The translations under genes were made by a program, and so were the position numbers. The notes beneath the pieces were generated by a model. It made no database searches, had not been told where the DNA came from, and was given only the letters and a program-made list of their open reading frames with translations. DNA of 64,000 bases from Akkermansiaceae bacterium (GTDB taxonomy: Bacteria; Verrucomicrobiota; Verrucomicrobiia; Verrucomicrobiales; Akkermansiaceae): NCBI GenBank assembly GCA_903888515.1, contig CAISTY010000271.1, positions 1,906 to 65,905 on the forward strand. The letters run 5' to 3'. This document shows positions 38,610 through 48,127 of this stretch, in pieces; the stretch's first letter is position 1; each line of letters starts with the position of its first letter.

Positions 38610-39932
38610 TCAGGAACCGGTGTCGGGTGAAGGCGCTGGTATGTTTTCCTGACCCGGTGGGACCGCCTTGCTCAGCCACTTGTCAAGCTGGTCGCGCAGT
38701 TCTTTCACTTTGGCCGGCTGTTGGTCGGCCAGGTTGATCTTTTCGCCGATGTCGGCGGCCAGATTATACAATTCGTCACCTGCCGTTCTGTGCCGCAATT
38801 TCCAGTCGCCCATGCGGATGGCCGTATCGGATGGCGTGGTGCCGCAAAGCAGGATCGCCTCGTGGGGCGAGCGTGCCCCTTGGGTCAGCACCGGCCAGAT
38901 ATCACGGCCGTCGATTGGCAGTTTCTGCTCCAGTGAGCCTCCGGCGAGTTTCACGAGTGTTGGATACCAGTCCACGATGTGCAGCGGTTCATCGATCACC
39001 TTGCCGGCGGGGATGTGGCCGGGCCAGGAAGCGGCGGCGCAGGCGCGGATGCCGCCCTCGTAGAGCGAGCCCTTGCCGGAGCGGAGCGGGACGTTGGAAG
39101 TGATTTTGCCCGGTGCCGGGCCGCCGTTATCGCTGGAGAAGATGATCAACGTGTTGTCGAGGATGCCTTTTTCCTTCAATGCGGCGACGATCTGGCCGAC
39201 GGCTTCGTCCATCGCCGCGACCATGCCCGCGTAGGTCGCCCGGGTGCCGGTGAGGTTGGTGAAAGGTTTCTTGTACTTCTCGGGCACTTGGAACGGGTCA
39301 TGAACCGCGTTGAACGGGACGTAGAGAAACAACGGCTTGTCCGCCTGTTTTTCACGGATGATGCGGCAGGCTTCCTTGGCGATCAGGTGGGTGGAGTAAC
39401 CTTCCTCGTTGCACGGCTGGTCGTCGCGGTGCCAATCCGGCTCGCCGGCCCGCTTGTGCGTGAAGTAGTCGATAAAGCCGAACCAAAGGCCGTACTGATG
39501 GTCGAAGCCGCGGCGGGTTGGACGGTAGGCGGGTTCGAATTCACCGAGGTGCCACTTGCCGCAAATGGCGGTTTCATAGCCCGCCGCGCGCAGCGCATCG
39601 GCCAGTGTTCGTTCCGCCAGCGGCAGTCCCCATTTGGCGTGCGGCCTGACGATCCCGTACACGCCGGTATGCACGGCGTAGCGGCCGCTCATCAACGCGG
39701 CCCGCGTCGGCGAACAAACCGGCTGCACGTAGAACGATTTCAAGATCGCGCCGGCGTGTGCCAGTTTGTCGAGATTGGGGGTGCGGATTTCTTTGCTGCC
39801 CATGAACCCGGTATCCTCGTAACCTTGATCATCCGAGAGGATGAAGAGGATGTTGGGTTTGGTTTCAGCGCCGGGTAGTAACGCCACCGGAGCCAGCAGC
39901 AATGCGGTGAGTGCGAGGGTGATATGGTTCAT
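38610..39932 (-). CDS. Cys-type arylsulfatase (ArsB-like)
   Basis: Signal peptide MNHITLALTALL; CSPTRAALMSGR, GKWHLG and SDNGG motifs. Confidence 0.92.
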   Translation of the reverse strand: MNHITLALTALLLAPVALLPGAETKPNILFILSDDQGYEDTGFMGSKEIRTPNLDKLAHAGAILKSFYVQPVCSPTRAALMSGRYAVHTGVYGIVRPHAKWGLPLAERTLADALRAAGYETAICGKWHLGEFEPAYRPTRRGFDHQYGLWFGFIDYFTHKRAGEPDWHRDDQPCNEEGYSTHLIAKEACRIIREKQADKPLFLYVPFNAVHDPFQVPEKYKKPFTNLTGTRATYAGMVAAMDEAVGQIVAALKEKGILDNTLIIFSSDNGGPAPGKITSNVPLRSGKGSLYEGGIRACAAASWPGHIPAGKVIDEPLHIVDWYPTLVKLAGGSLEQKLPIDGRDIWPVLTQGARSPHEAILLCGTTPSDTAIRMGDWKLRHRTAGDELYNLAADIGEKINLADQQPAKVKELRDQLDKWLSKAVPPGQENIPAPSPDTGS

Positions 39933-39963
39933 TGGATTGCCAGGTATCTCTCTTGGTTGGTAT

Positions 39964-42900
39964 TCAGGGTTCATCGCTCGGCATGTGGGCCAAGGCGCCA
40001 TCCAGCGCCGCCTTGGCGTAGGCGGCAAAATGGCCGTGAACATCGCGGGTGTAGGCTTCAAGGACCGCTCGGGCCTTGCCGTTCCGGTCGCCACAGTCGA
40101 AAAGAAGTGCGGCCACGAGCACCTCCCTGAACTTCTTGTCCATCGGTTTGCCGATAATCGCGCGCTGGGGCATTGCACGTGGCGACTCTGGCTTCTGCGG
40201 CTGGTAATAATCCGCCGGTGTCGCGTGTCCGGTCATGCCGGGCTTGTCGAGCAACTCCGCCAGGGGGTCGGCCAGGGATGGGTCGCGGTTGGCGCGCAAC
40301 GCCATGCAGATGGCCTTGACGTGGGACAGATCACTCGCGGCGTCAAGCAACTTCAGTTTCCTGACCAGCGCCGGCCGCGCCTTCGCGGACCGGGTGAATC
40401 CGAGCGCCATCACCAGCCGGTCGAGTTCCGCGTACGTGTTGGCCGTTTCACGGGCCGAACTCAGGTTGTAGCCTTTCCCCCAGGTCTCGTTCCTCTCAAC
40501 CGCCTCCAGCAGTGTCTGCACGCCGGCGTCGTCGCCCATTACGCCGAGGACCATGGCGTAGTTGAGCATCTCCCGGGGTTCCTTCGCGTTCGCATGGGCG
40601 GTGGCCAGCAAGGGGATGGACTGGCGCGGATGGGACATGACCGCAGCCAGCGCCGAAAACGTCACATCATGGCTGTCCCGTTTCTGGTTGATCTCGATCT
40701 TGAGATCCTTCAGTTGCGCCACGGCCTCTTTGAGACGCTCCGTGCCGAGCGGATACGAATCGGTGTCGCTCAGCACGCGCTTCTCCGCCACGCCCTTCGC
40801 CACCAGAGCCTTCTGCAGGGCTTTGATATCGACCTTGCGGCAATATCCTCCGTTGCCCGCCGCCATGGCCGCCGCGATGCCGGCCGCATAGCCCTGATTT
40901 TCCAGATCCACCTGCATGCGAATCAGCGTCATGGAGTCCCGGTCGGCGCTGGTGCCGAGACCGGTCACCAACATGCCCTCCAGCCCCTTGGGAAGCAGGC
41001 AGCGGTAAGGCTCATCGCCAAAATAAACCGGTCCCTTCATGTCCTTGACCAGCAGCATGTCCGCCGTGGGGAATGCCGCAGCGTCGAAATTGCTCAGGTA
41101 ATGACAGATCGTGTCCGGATAGGTGCGCCCGTTGAGGATGTCGGTAACCTTCAGGATATAGTCGCCAACCACCCGCCGGCGCTCACGACTGTCAATCAAC
41201 TGTGCGTTGTCGTAAGTGCTGGATTTGGGATCCCTTGCCGTCAGGAGGAGATGCCAGAGGTCGAACATGTCCGTATCGTCCACCATGGTGGTGGCGGTGT
41301 TGACGTATCTGGCACCAAGGTTGCGAGGGGGATACCCTGCCACCTGCACGGAAAGGTCGCCGCGCTTGGAGATGCTGTATTGCGTTTGTGCGCCGGCGGC
41401 CGCCGCGATATCGGCGTTGCCGGTGCTGTCGATAATTGTTTTTGCCAGGACGACGCCGCCGCCGAACGGCCCGGCCACCACCACGCCGGCCGCTTTATGA
41501 TCGTCCACGACCGCACCGCAACAGAAGCAGTTGAACCAGATTTCGCCGCCGGCCTTGAGGATTTCCTGCCTTAGCCATTCGGCCTTGGCCTCCACATTCC
41601 AATCGTGTCCAACCTGTTCTCCGACCTCCTTCACATAACCACTGCGGGGCGTCTTAATCCCGACCGGGTCATAGTCCGGATGGTTGATCGTTTTCTTCAC
41701 GGTGGGGTCAATGATCTCTTTTTGGCCCACGAACCCGGGCTTCATCCCCTTGCCATCGGGATGACCATACCAGTATCTGCTGATCATCCCCGCCGTGCCA
41801 ACGCCGCCCAGTTCGTCCAGATACTCGATGACCAGCGTCTTGGCCCCGCTCCGGGCGGCGGCGATCGCAGCCGGCGACCCGGAGGTTCCGCCACCCACAA
41901 CCACAACGTCGTATACACCCATCACAGGCAAGTCACGCGTGCTCAAGGTGACTTGCGGCCGGTCACGAAATCGAAGACTGCTCCCTTGCACGCGAATCGA
42001 CAGTCGGCCCGGCTTCGCTCCGCTGGTGGCGACATCGATCCGACCGGGGCCGGGCGCTTTGCCAGTCTCGCTGGCAGCCGCCTCGCCGATGCGCCGGCCG
42101 ATGACCGCCCACTGCGGCGGGCGTAGCGCCGTCGTCATCTGCTCGCGAGGCAGATCCGCATAGGCGCTCAGGACGTACCACGACTTCACTTTCGCAGGAC
42201 GGAAAAGATTCAGCGCAATCTGCTCCGCGCCCGGCCATGCCTTGGTCGACGCTTCGGCCGAGACAACGGCATCTTCCGGAATGTAAAACAGGCGCTCCGG
42301 GTAATCCACGGCACCGCTGGTCCAGGTCAGCGACCGCACTTTGTGGAAGACCGTGTTCAGAGAGTTGAATCCGGCGTCGGACTGTTCGATGCGCAGGGAG
42401 TATTCATAGACAGGATATTCTTTCTGGACACTCTTCTTCCAGGTAATCGCAAATGGCGAGGAGTAACTGACGGGGAGTTTGCGGCACGATACGCCATTGG
42501 CCGGCTCGCCGCCGACCACCACATACTTGAAATCCTTAGTGCCGGCACTGAACGGTCGAAATCCCGCGGGCGTGCAGCGGGTGATCGCCGCCCGCTCCGT
42601 GGCGTCGATGATCACTTTCGCACGGATAATCTGGCGGCCGCTCCGGTTCACCATCACCACGCCGGCAGGTGCGCCCCCTTCGGCAAACAGGACGTCAACC
42701 GCGTAGCAGCCGGTCAGAAAAGGCACACCGGCGTCTAGCAGCGCCTTGTCCAGAGCGGTTTTCACCTGCATGGGCGTTGCGACCGCGTTCGTGCCATAGA
42801 TCGCCCGGGTCAATGCGGTTTGGGGTTTCTCGTCCGGTTCGAGCCACAGCCGCTGGTTCGCGCACAGGTCATAACCGAGATACGGGCGATCTTCGATCAG

Positions 42901-43104
42901 CACAACCTTCGCCCCTTTTTCAGCAGCCGCGCACGCGGCCTCCACGCCGGCCAACGAGCCGCCGGCGACCAGGATATCCACGTCATAGGCCACCGCTAAC
43001 GTGGCCGCCGCTTCCGTGACGGTAATTGTTTTGGTTTCCGTAGCAAAGGCGCTGCGCCCCAACAGCAACGCGAGGGCTGCCAGTGTGTGTGCTATGGTTC
43101 TCAT
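39964..43104 (-). CDS. Secreted FAD-dependent oxidoreductase with tandem FAD domains and C-terminal HEAT-like repeats
   Basis: DILVAGGSLAG and DVVVVGGGTSG Rossmann motifs; IDSTGNAD; PYRCLLPK. Confidence 0.8.
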   Translation of the reverse strand: MRTIAHTLAALALLLGRSAFATETKTITVTEAAATLAVAYDVDILVAGGSLAGVEAACAAAEKGAKVVLIEDRPYLGYDLCANQRLWLEPDEKPQTALTRAIYGTNAVATPMQVKTALDKALLDAGVPFLTGCYAVDVLFAEGGAPAGVVMVNRSGRQIIRAKVIIDATERAAITRCTPAGFRPFSAGTKDFKYVVVGGEPANGVSCRKLPVSYSSPFAITWKKSVQKEYPVYEYSLRIEQSDAGFNSLNTVFHKVRSLTWTSGAVDYPERLFYIPEDAVVSAEASTKAWPGAEQIALNLFRPAKVKSWYVLSAYADLPREQMTTALRPPQWAVIGRRIGEAAASETGKAPGPGRIDVATSGAKPGRLSIRVQGSSLRFRDRPQVTLSTRDLPVMGVYDVVVVGGGTSGSPAAIAAARSGAKTLVIEYLDELGGVGTAGMISRYWYGHPDGKGMKPGFVGQKEIIDPTVKKTINHPDYDPVGIKTPRSGYVKEVGEQVGHDWNVEAKAEWLRQEILKAGGEIWFNCFCCGAVVDDHKAAGVVVAGPFGGGVVLAKTIIDSTGNADIAAAAGAQTQYSISKRGDLSVQVAGYPPRNLGARYVNTATTMVDDTDMFDLWHLLLTARDPKSSTYDNAQLIDSRERRRVVGDYILKVTDILNGRTYPDTICHYLSNFDAAAFPTADMLLVKDMKGPVYFGDEPYRCLLPKGLEGMLVTGLGTSADRDSMTLIRMQVDLENQGYAAGIAAAMAAGNGGYCRKVDIKALQKALVAKGVAEKRVLSDTDSYPLGTERLKEAVAQLKDLKIEINQKRDSHDVTFSALAAVMSHPRQSIPLLATAHANAKEPREMLNYAMVLGVMGDDAGVQTLLEAVERNETWGKGYNLSSARETANTYAELDRLVMALGFTRSAKARPALVRKLKLLDAASDLSHVKAICMALRANRDPSLADPLAELLDKPGMTGHATPADYYQPQKPESPRAMPQRAIIGKPMDKKFREVLVAALLFDCGDRNGKARAVLEAYTRDVHGHFAAYAKAALDGALAHMPSDEP

Positions 43105-43160
43105 GCGTTGCTTCCTTGTTTTCGATAGTCTATCGCGGGTGGTGCATCATACGGAGCGGA

Positions 43161-43388
43161 TCAGCGCCGTTTGTCATTCCAGCGTTCTGGTGTCTTTCCT
43201 GTCATCTCGTTCTCCAGCTTGAGCATGGCCGTGGCGAAACGCCCGCAGGGCGGTGTCCTTGGGGCTAGCAAGTTGACGTGCCAGTCATACGCCTGCTGCG
43301 CGGCAGTGTCCCGGCCAACGGCCGGAATTCCCGCCACAAGACCAACCCATGCGATTCCAAGGAAATATCTTCTCATGTCTGTTTCCAT
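43161..43388 (-). pseudogene. Signal peptide fused directly to an esterase-like C-terminal stub
   Basis: MRRYFLGIAWVGLVAG...RTPPC joined to GRFATAMLKLENE; tail homologous to 14295-14340. Confidence 0.55.
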
Positions 43389-45801
43389 CCTTTTTAGGGT
43401 AAAGCGTCAGGATTGTTGCGTCGGGTAGAACGGACACATCCGAGTAGCCGCCGGAGGCGCTAATGACCCGGGTGCTGGCCCACGAGCGGCCGTCGTCGCG
43501 GCTGAGGTAGCACATGAGGTCACTCCTGCCTTTCCCTTTCAGCGGGTAGCTGAACAGCAGGAGCGGCTTTTCCGCGCCGCGCGGCGTGAAACTGGCAAGT
43601 CCGGCGTTGCAGCCGTGGGCGGGCAGATTTTCTTCGGATCCTTCCTCGTAGAAGCTCGCGCCGCCGTCGCGGCTGCGGGAGAACAGGCGCTGCCGCAGTG
43701 GGTCGCCTTCGCGTCGGTAGTTTACGTAGATCTGCCCGCCGGACGCCTCGCACAGGGTGACTTCACCGTTGACACCTGCTTGTTTCGACAGGCCCACTCC
43801 CCCCACGCGCCAGGTCTTTCCGCCGTCGTCGCTGTAGATGACGCCGCCTTTCGCCCGGCCTTGGTAGGCGCCCGTCTTGAACACCCGTCCGCCTACCACG
43901 AGCCTTCCGGTGTGCGGGCCGGTGGAAATCTGCACGCCGTGGTTGTTGTTGAAGGCCGCACCGCCCCGCCAGCCGTCCGGGTTGGGAGCGGGCATGTGGT
44001 GCTCGGGCTGCGACCACGTGCTGCCGCCGTTGGTGCTGCGCACGAGGTCAAACCCGCCACCGGCAGGGATCCATTCGCTGCGGAACCAGTTCGGCCCGGC
44101 CGCCTTCGGGAACGCGATGAACAATGCCAGCAGCTCGCCGTTGCGGCGGTCCTCGACCAAGTTCCCGTTGAAGCAGCACCATCCGTCACGATCAAAGAGC
44201 GTCTGCTCGTCGGACCAGGTTCGTCCGCCATCGCGGCTGCGGCGCAGCACCAAGGCCGACTCCGACCAGTCGTCGCCGCCCTTACGCTTCTGACAGGCGG
44301 CCAGCACGGTCCCATCCCGCGTCACCAGCAGGCTGGGCAGTCGGCAGATCGCCCCACGACCATTGACGAAGACGGGCAGGTCCTTTTGGTGAAACGCCTT
44401 GGACTCTTGCGACTTATCTTCTCCGGCCGACAGTGGAACCAGGTATTGTGGATCCTCGTTCAGACCTACCGGCCGGCAATTCTTCGGATCGTCCAAATCC
44501 GCGCGGCACTCGTCGAGGTATTTGCGGAGCCGCGCCACGATCTCAGGGTTTTCGCCGGCGACGTCGTTTTCCTCGCCAATGTCCTTCTCGAGGTTGTAGA
44601 GCTGCCCCTTGACGTGGAGTTTCCACGGGCCGGAGCGAACCGCTTGAAGGTTGTCTTGTCCATAATAGTAGAATGCTTTGTACGGCGACTTCGCATACTT
44701 CGGATCACGGAGTATGGGCGTGATGTCCTTGCCATCAATCACGCGGTCGTCGGGCACCTTTGCGCCGCCAAGTGTCGCCAGTGTGGGCAGGAGATCCATC
44801 GTCGATGCGATCTCGTCGGACACGCTGTTTGCAGGAATGGTGCCCGGCCACCAGGCGATGGTGGGTTCGCGCATGCCGCCCTCCCATGTTGACCCTTTGC
44901 CGCCCCGCAAGGGTATGTTGGAATCGCCGGTGCCGCCATTATCGGAGGTGAAAAACACGAGAGTGTTGTCCGCGAGGCCCAGCTCCTGAATCGTGTCGAG
45001 CAATAGTCCGATCGACCAGTCAAGCTCTTCGACCTGCGCTCGTTTTGAATCTCCGTTGGCTCTGTCCATGAACTCCTTGCGTGCCTGGCGAGGGCCGTGG
45101 ATGGACGAGTGCGGGAAATAGAGGAAGAAGGGCCGGTCCTTGTTCTTGCGGATGAAGCCGATTGCCTCATCGGTGAAGCGCTTGCAAAGTTGCGCCTGGT
45201 CATCCATACCTTTCACGATATCCACCACCTTCGTGCCGCGCAGGACGGGCAGGGGGCAGGCGCCGCTCTTCCACTTCTTGGCTGCGGGCATGGGCGGCCA
45301 CATGTCGTTCGAATACGGAATGCCGAAGTAGGTGTCGAATCCTTGGTTCGTGGGCAGGAACTCCGGCTGGTCGCCAAGGTGCCATTTGCCGAAGCAGCCG
45401 GTTGTGTACCCGGCATCCTTGAGTACCTCGGCGACCGTCTTCTCTTTGGGGTTGAGCCCGTGTGGATCCTTGGGAAACAGCACGCCCGCCCAGGAGCCGG
45501 TGGCCAGTCCAACCCGTTTCGGGTAGCAGCCGGTCATGAGTGCGGCGCGGGAAGGGCTGCAGACAGGAGCAGCGTAGAACGATGTCAGTTTGAGACCTTC
45601 ATCCGCCATACGGTTCAGACGGGGTGTCTTGTTTTTCTTGGATCCGAAGGGCTCGATGTCAGCGCATCCCATGTCGTCGACAAAAATCACGACGAAGTTG
45701 GGCTTTTTTCTCATCGCTTCAGACGACTCTGCCAACGCCACTGCGGCACCGAGCACACATGCCGCCATGGCTGCACTTTGGAGGAAATGTCTTCTGTTCA
45801 T
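43285..45801 (-). CDS. Tat-exported sulfatase fused to a GH33 sialidase-like domain (last strand apparently truncated)
   Basis: RRHFLQ signal; CSPSR; then CRLPSL (FRIP-like), five Asp boxes (e.g. SRDGGRTW, SDDGGKTW) and GYSDV. The ORF reads through into the next gene start. Confidence 0.8.
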   Translation of the reverse strand: MNRRHFLQSAAMAACVLGAAVALAESSEAMRKKPNFVVIFVDDMGCADIEPFGSKKNKTPRLNRMADEGLKLTSFYAAPVCSPSRAALMTGCYPKRVGLATGSWAGVLFPKDPHGLNPKEKTVAEVLKDAGYTTGCFGKWHLGDQPEFLPTNQGFDTYFGIPYSNDMWPPMPAAKKWKSGACPLPVLRGTKVVDIVKGMDDQAQLCKRFTDEAIGFIRKNKDRPFFLYFPHSSIHGPRQARKEFMDRANGDSKRAQVEELDWSIGLLLDTIQELGLADNTLVFFTSDNGGTGDSNIPLRGGKGSTWEGGMREPTIAWWPGTIPANSVSDEIASTMDLLPTLATLGGAKVPDDRVIDGKDITPILRDPKYAKSPYKAFYYYGQDNLQAVRSGPWKLHVKGQLYNLEKDIGEENDVAGENPEIVARLRKYLDECRADLDDPKNCRPVGLNEDPQYLVPLSAGEDKSQESKAFHQKDLPVFVNGRGAICRLPSLLVTRDGTVLAACQKRKGGDDWSESALVLRRSRDGGRTWSDEQTLFDRDGWCCFNGNLVEDRRNGELLALFIAFPKAAGPNWFRSEWIPAGGGFDLVRSTNGGSTWSQPEHHMPAPNPDGWRGGAAFNNNHGVQISTGPHTGRLVVGGRVFKTGAYQGRAKGGVIYSDDGGKTWRVGGVGLSKQAGVNGEVTLCEASGGQIYVNYRREGDPLRQRLFSRSRDGGASFYEEGSEENLPAHGCNAGLASFTPRGAEKPLLLFSYPLKGKGRSDLMCYLSRDDGRSWASTRVISASGGYSDVSVLPDATILTLYPKKDGNRHEKIFPWNRMGWSCGGNSGRWPGHCRAAGV

Positions 45802-46005
45802 ATTACGATTACTCCTCGTTGCTGTGTTGTGGTTCAGCGTGAAATGAAGATGCAGATCACGGCTGAGCCTGTCCAGATAATCATTCCATCTTCGCCGGCT
45901 TGGCAGGAAGCGGGCTTGATGAGCTTGGCATCGTGGGTGTGGGATGAAACATCTGAGCTTCATCCCATAGGTTATATGTCTGCTCAAATCTCGCCTCAAA
46001 AAATG

Positions 46006-46045
46006 AGGCTGTTGGTGAATTTCCGCCGGCATTCACCAACAGCCT
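46006..46045 (-). terminator. Perfect 15-bp stem-loop followed by a T-run on the minus strand (terminator-like; could also be abutted IS ends)
   Basis: AGGCTGTTGGTGAAT / ATTCACCAACAGCCT with a 10-nt loop; CATTTTTT follows on the minus strand. Confidence 0.45.
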
Positions 46046-46248
46046 TATGAATGATGGTTGCTAGCGGATTTGATGCTGATCAGGCTGCTTTACTCTTCAT
46101 CCGTCTTCCTCGCATCGCTGCGATTCGTTTACACGCGCGACCCCTACGCGTCAATAAAAAAAGACGACGCAAGAAAACAATTACATTTTGGGTTTGCTAA
46201 GTATTGGATAACGGGGTATTGGAACGCCGGAACAACCCCTTGGGCAAG

Positions 46249-47070
46249 ATGGGAAACAAGACCAATGACAGGACATGGGCGGCACAGGAGCGCTTGCGCT
46301 TCATCGAAACGTGCGCGTGGTGGAAGGGCGTGGTGCAGCGGCAGGATCTGGGCGGCCTGTTCGGGATTTCGATGGCGCAGGCGTCGTCGGACCTGCAGCG
46401 GTATCTGGAAATGAACCCCGGGGCGTTCGTGTATAATTTGCGGCAGAAGCGCTACGAGGCGACGGCCGAAATGAAATGCCTGCTGACCCGCCCGCGTCTG
46501 GATGAGGCGGTGACGCGGTTTCTGGGTGGCGATGCACGCAACACCTGGACCGGATGGAACGATGAAAGCGAGGGTGGCGGATGCGTGGCGATTTTGAAGA
46601 TGCCAGTGCGGGAGGCGGGAGCGGTGGTGGAGCGGCGGATTTTCCTGGCGGTTATCAACGGGCTGCGGATCAAGGTGCGCTATGCCAGCGTCAACAGCGG
46701 CAGGGAGGAATGGCGGTGGCTGCGGCCGCATGCGCTTGGCCACAACGGCGCACGCTGGCATGTGCGGGCGTGGTGCGAGAAGAACGGGGATTTCAGGGAT
46801 TTCACGTTGAGCCGCATCGCCGAGGTGGAATGGAGCCGGGAGGCGGCGGAGCTGCCGGAACCTGACAAGGATTGGGAGCAGTGGGTGACGCTGCGGGTGC
46901 AGCCGCACCAGGCCTTGAACGAGGAGCAGCGCAAGGCCGTGGAGCGCGACTTCGCGATGCGCAACGGAGTGCTGAAGCTCAAGGTGCGCAAGGCCATGGA
47001 AGGCTATCTGCGCGACCGCCTGGGTCTGGCCATGGCCGATGGCAGGTTGCCGGCGAGGCTGCTGGAGTAG
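46249..47070 (+). CDS. WYL-domain transcriptional regulator, CapW-like (wHTH-WYL-WCX)
   Basis: ERLRFIE...DLGGLFGISMAQASSDLQRY wHTH; YASVNSG...WLRPHAL...WHVRAWC...RDFTLSRI WYL. Confidence 0.85.
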   Translation: MGNKTNDRTWAAQERLRFIETCAWWKGVVQRQDLGGLFGISMAQASSDLQRYLEMNPGAFVYNLRQKRYEATAEMKCLLTRPRLDEAVTRFLGGDARNTWTGWNDESEGGGCVAILKMPVREAGAVVERRIFLAVINGLRIKVRYASVNSGREEWRWLRPHALGHNGARWHVRAWCEKNGDFRDFTLSRIAEVEWSREAAELPEPDKDWEQWVTLRVQPHQALNEEQRKAVERDFAMRNGVLKLKVRKAMEGYLRDRLGLAMADGRLPARLLE

Positions 47071-47095
47071 GGGCGGGCCAGTATCCATTCCTCTC

Positions 47096-47368
47096 ATGCC
47101 ACCGAAGAAGGAACACGACGACAAGCCGCTCACCGGAGTTGCTTTGATCAAGGAAACCTGTCGGCGCATCCGGGTGGCACGGAGTTACTGGGACGCACAC
47201 AACAACCGTGCCTGCCGTGGCGAACGCGCAAAGGCGCTGGCACTCTATGAATCGCTGAAGGAGGAGGAACGCCAAAAAATACCGCAGGTGCTGCGCGTGT
47301 GGCTGCGCTACCGGAGCGAAAAATACTTCGGCGAGGGCTGCACGCCCCCGGGAGGCGGACGGAAATAG
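47096..47368 (+). CDS. Small basic helical protein of unknown function (90 aa)
   Basis: 25 nt downstream of the WYL gene, same strand; RRIRVARSYWDAHNN...LRVWLRYRSEKYFG looks like a real conserved sequence. Confidence 0.65.
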   Translation: MPPKKEHDDKPLTGVALIKETCRRIRVARSYWDAHNNRACRGERAKALALYESLKEEERQKIPQVLRVWLRYRSEKYFGEGCTPPGGGRK

Positions 47369-47390
47369 CGGGGCGAAAATCACAGAAAAT

Positions 47391-47489
47391 CCCCCTGATG
47401 GGAACCATGTCATCGCCATGCGCGAGCACCCAGGCCAGGGCCAACTGCGCCGGCGTGCATTGTTTGCGCTGCGCCAGCGTCCCGATCCG
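47391..47489 (-). pseudogene. Aldo/keto reductase fragment
   Basis: RIGTLAQRKQCTPAQLALAWVLAHGDDMVPIRG, preceded by an in-frame stop. Confidence 0.7.
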
Positions 47490-47604
47490 TCAAAACAGAA
47501 TGTGCTTGGAGCGGCTCCCGATACCGGTTAGGGAGGGCGCCCCGGAAGGCGCTCAAGTAATTGTTTCGCGTCGCTTTCCATCCGGTCTCCAATTTGGCTT
47601 TCCC

Positions 47605-47900
47605 ATGCGTACCCACTCCAACAGCAGAATCCCGGGCGTCGGCCGGTCATTTTTATCCATGTGCCTGCCCGTTGTCTGCATCATGTCACTGGTGGCAACA
47701 GCCGCGCCAAACCCATCGAGCCCACAAAAGGCCAGTTGGGAATGCGGCAAGGCGTATGCTGGTCGCACCCCGCCTTTGCAGGAAAATGTATCTTCGCCCG
47801 CAACGACAACGAGATCGTCTGCGCCAGCCTGGCCGCGCAACCCGAAGAGAACCCCGAAGGGAACCCGCCGCTTTCCACGGACCCGGGGAAAGCACACTGA
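47605..47900 (+). pseudogene. PQQ-binding-like beta-propeller gene reduced to signal peptide plus C-terminal stub
   Basis: MRTHSNSR...CIMSLVATAA then, in another frame, VCWSHPAFAGKCIFARNDNEIVCASLAA. Confidence 0.6.
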
Positions 47901-48127
47901 GGGGTGCGGGGAAAATTGACCGGCTTCCCGTTGTCCTTGCCCTCTCCATGCTGGCGGCTGACAATGGAAGAACCGTGGGAATGCGTGCAGGCCATAGTCT
48001 CGGGGACATGCCAATTCAGGGCTCGTAGCCAATAGTTGCCGTCCGATAGAGGCAGTATTCGGGCGCCAAGGAAAAACAACGCTAACTAAATAACAACTTT
48101 CATCTCCCTAAGTCGTTGATCATAAGT

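Noticed and set aside
14672-41574. Long antisense ORFs (e.g. 14672-16528 +, 25906-27849 -, 34853-36565 +, 39841-41574 +)
   Set aside because: Shadow frames of real genes in high-GC DNA, with no recognisable motifs.
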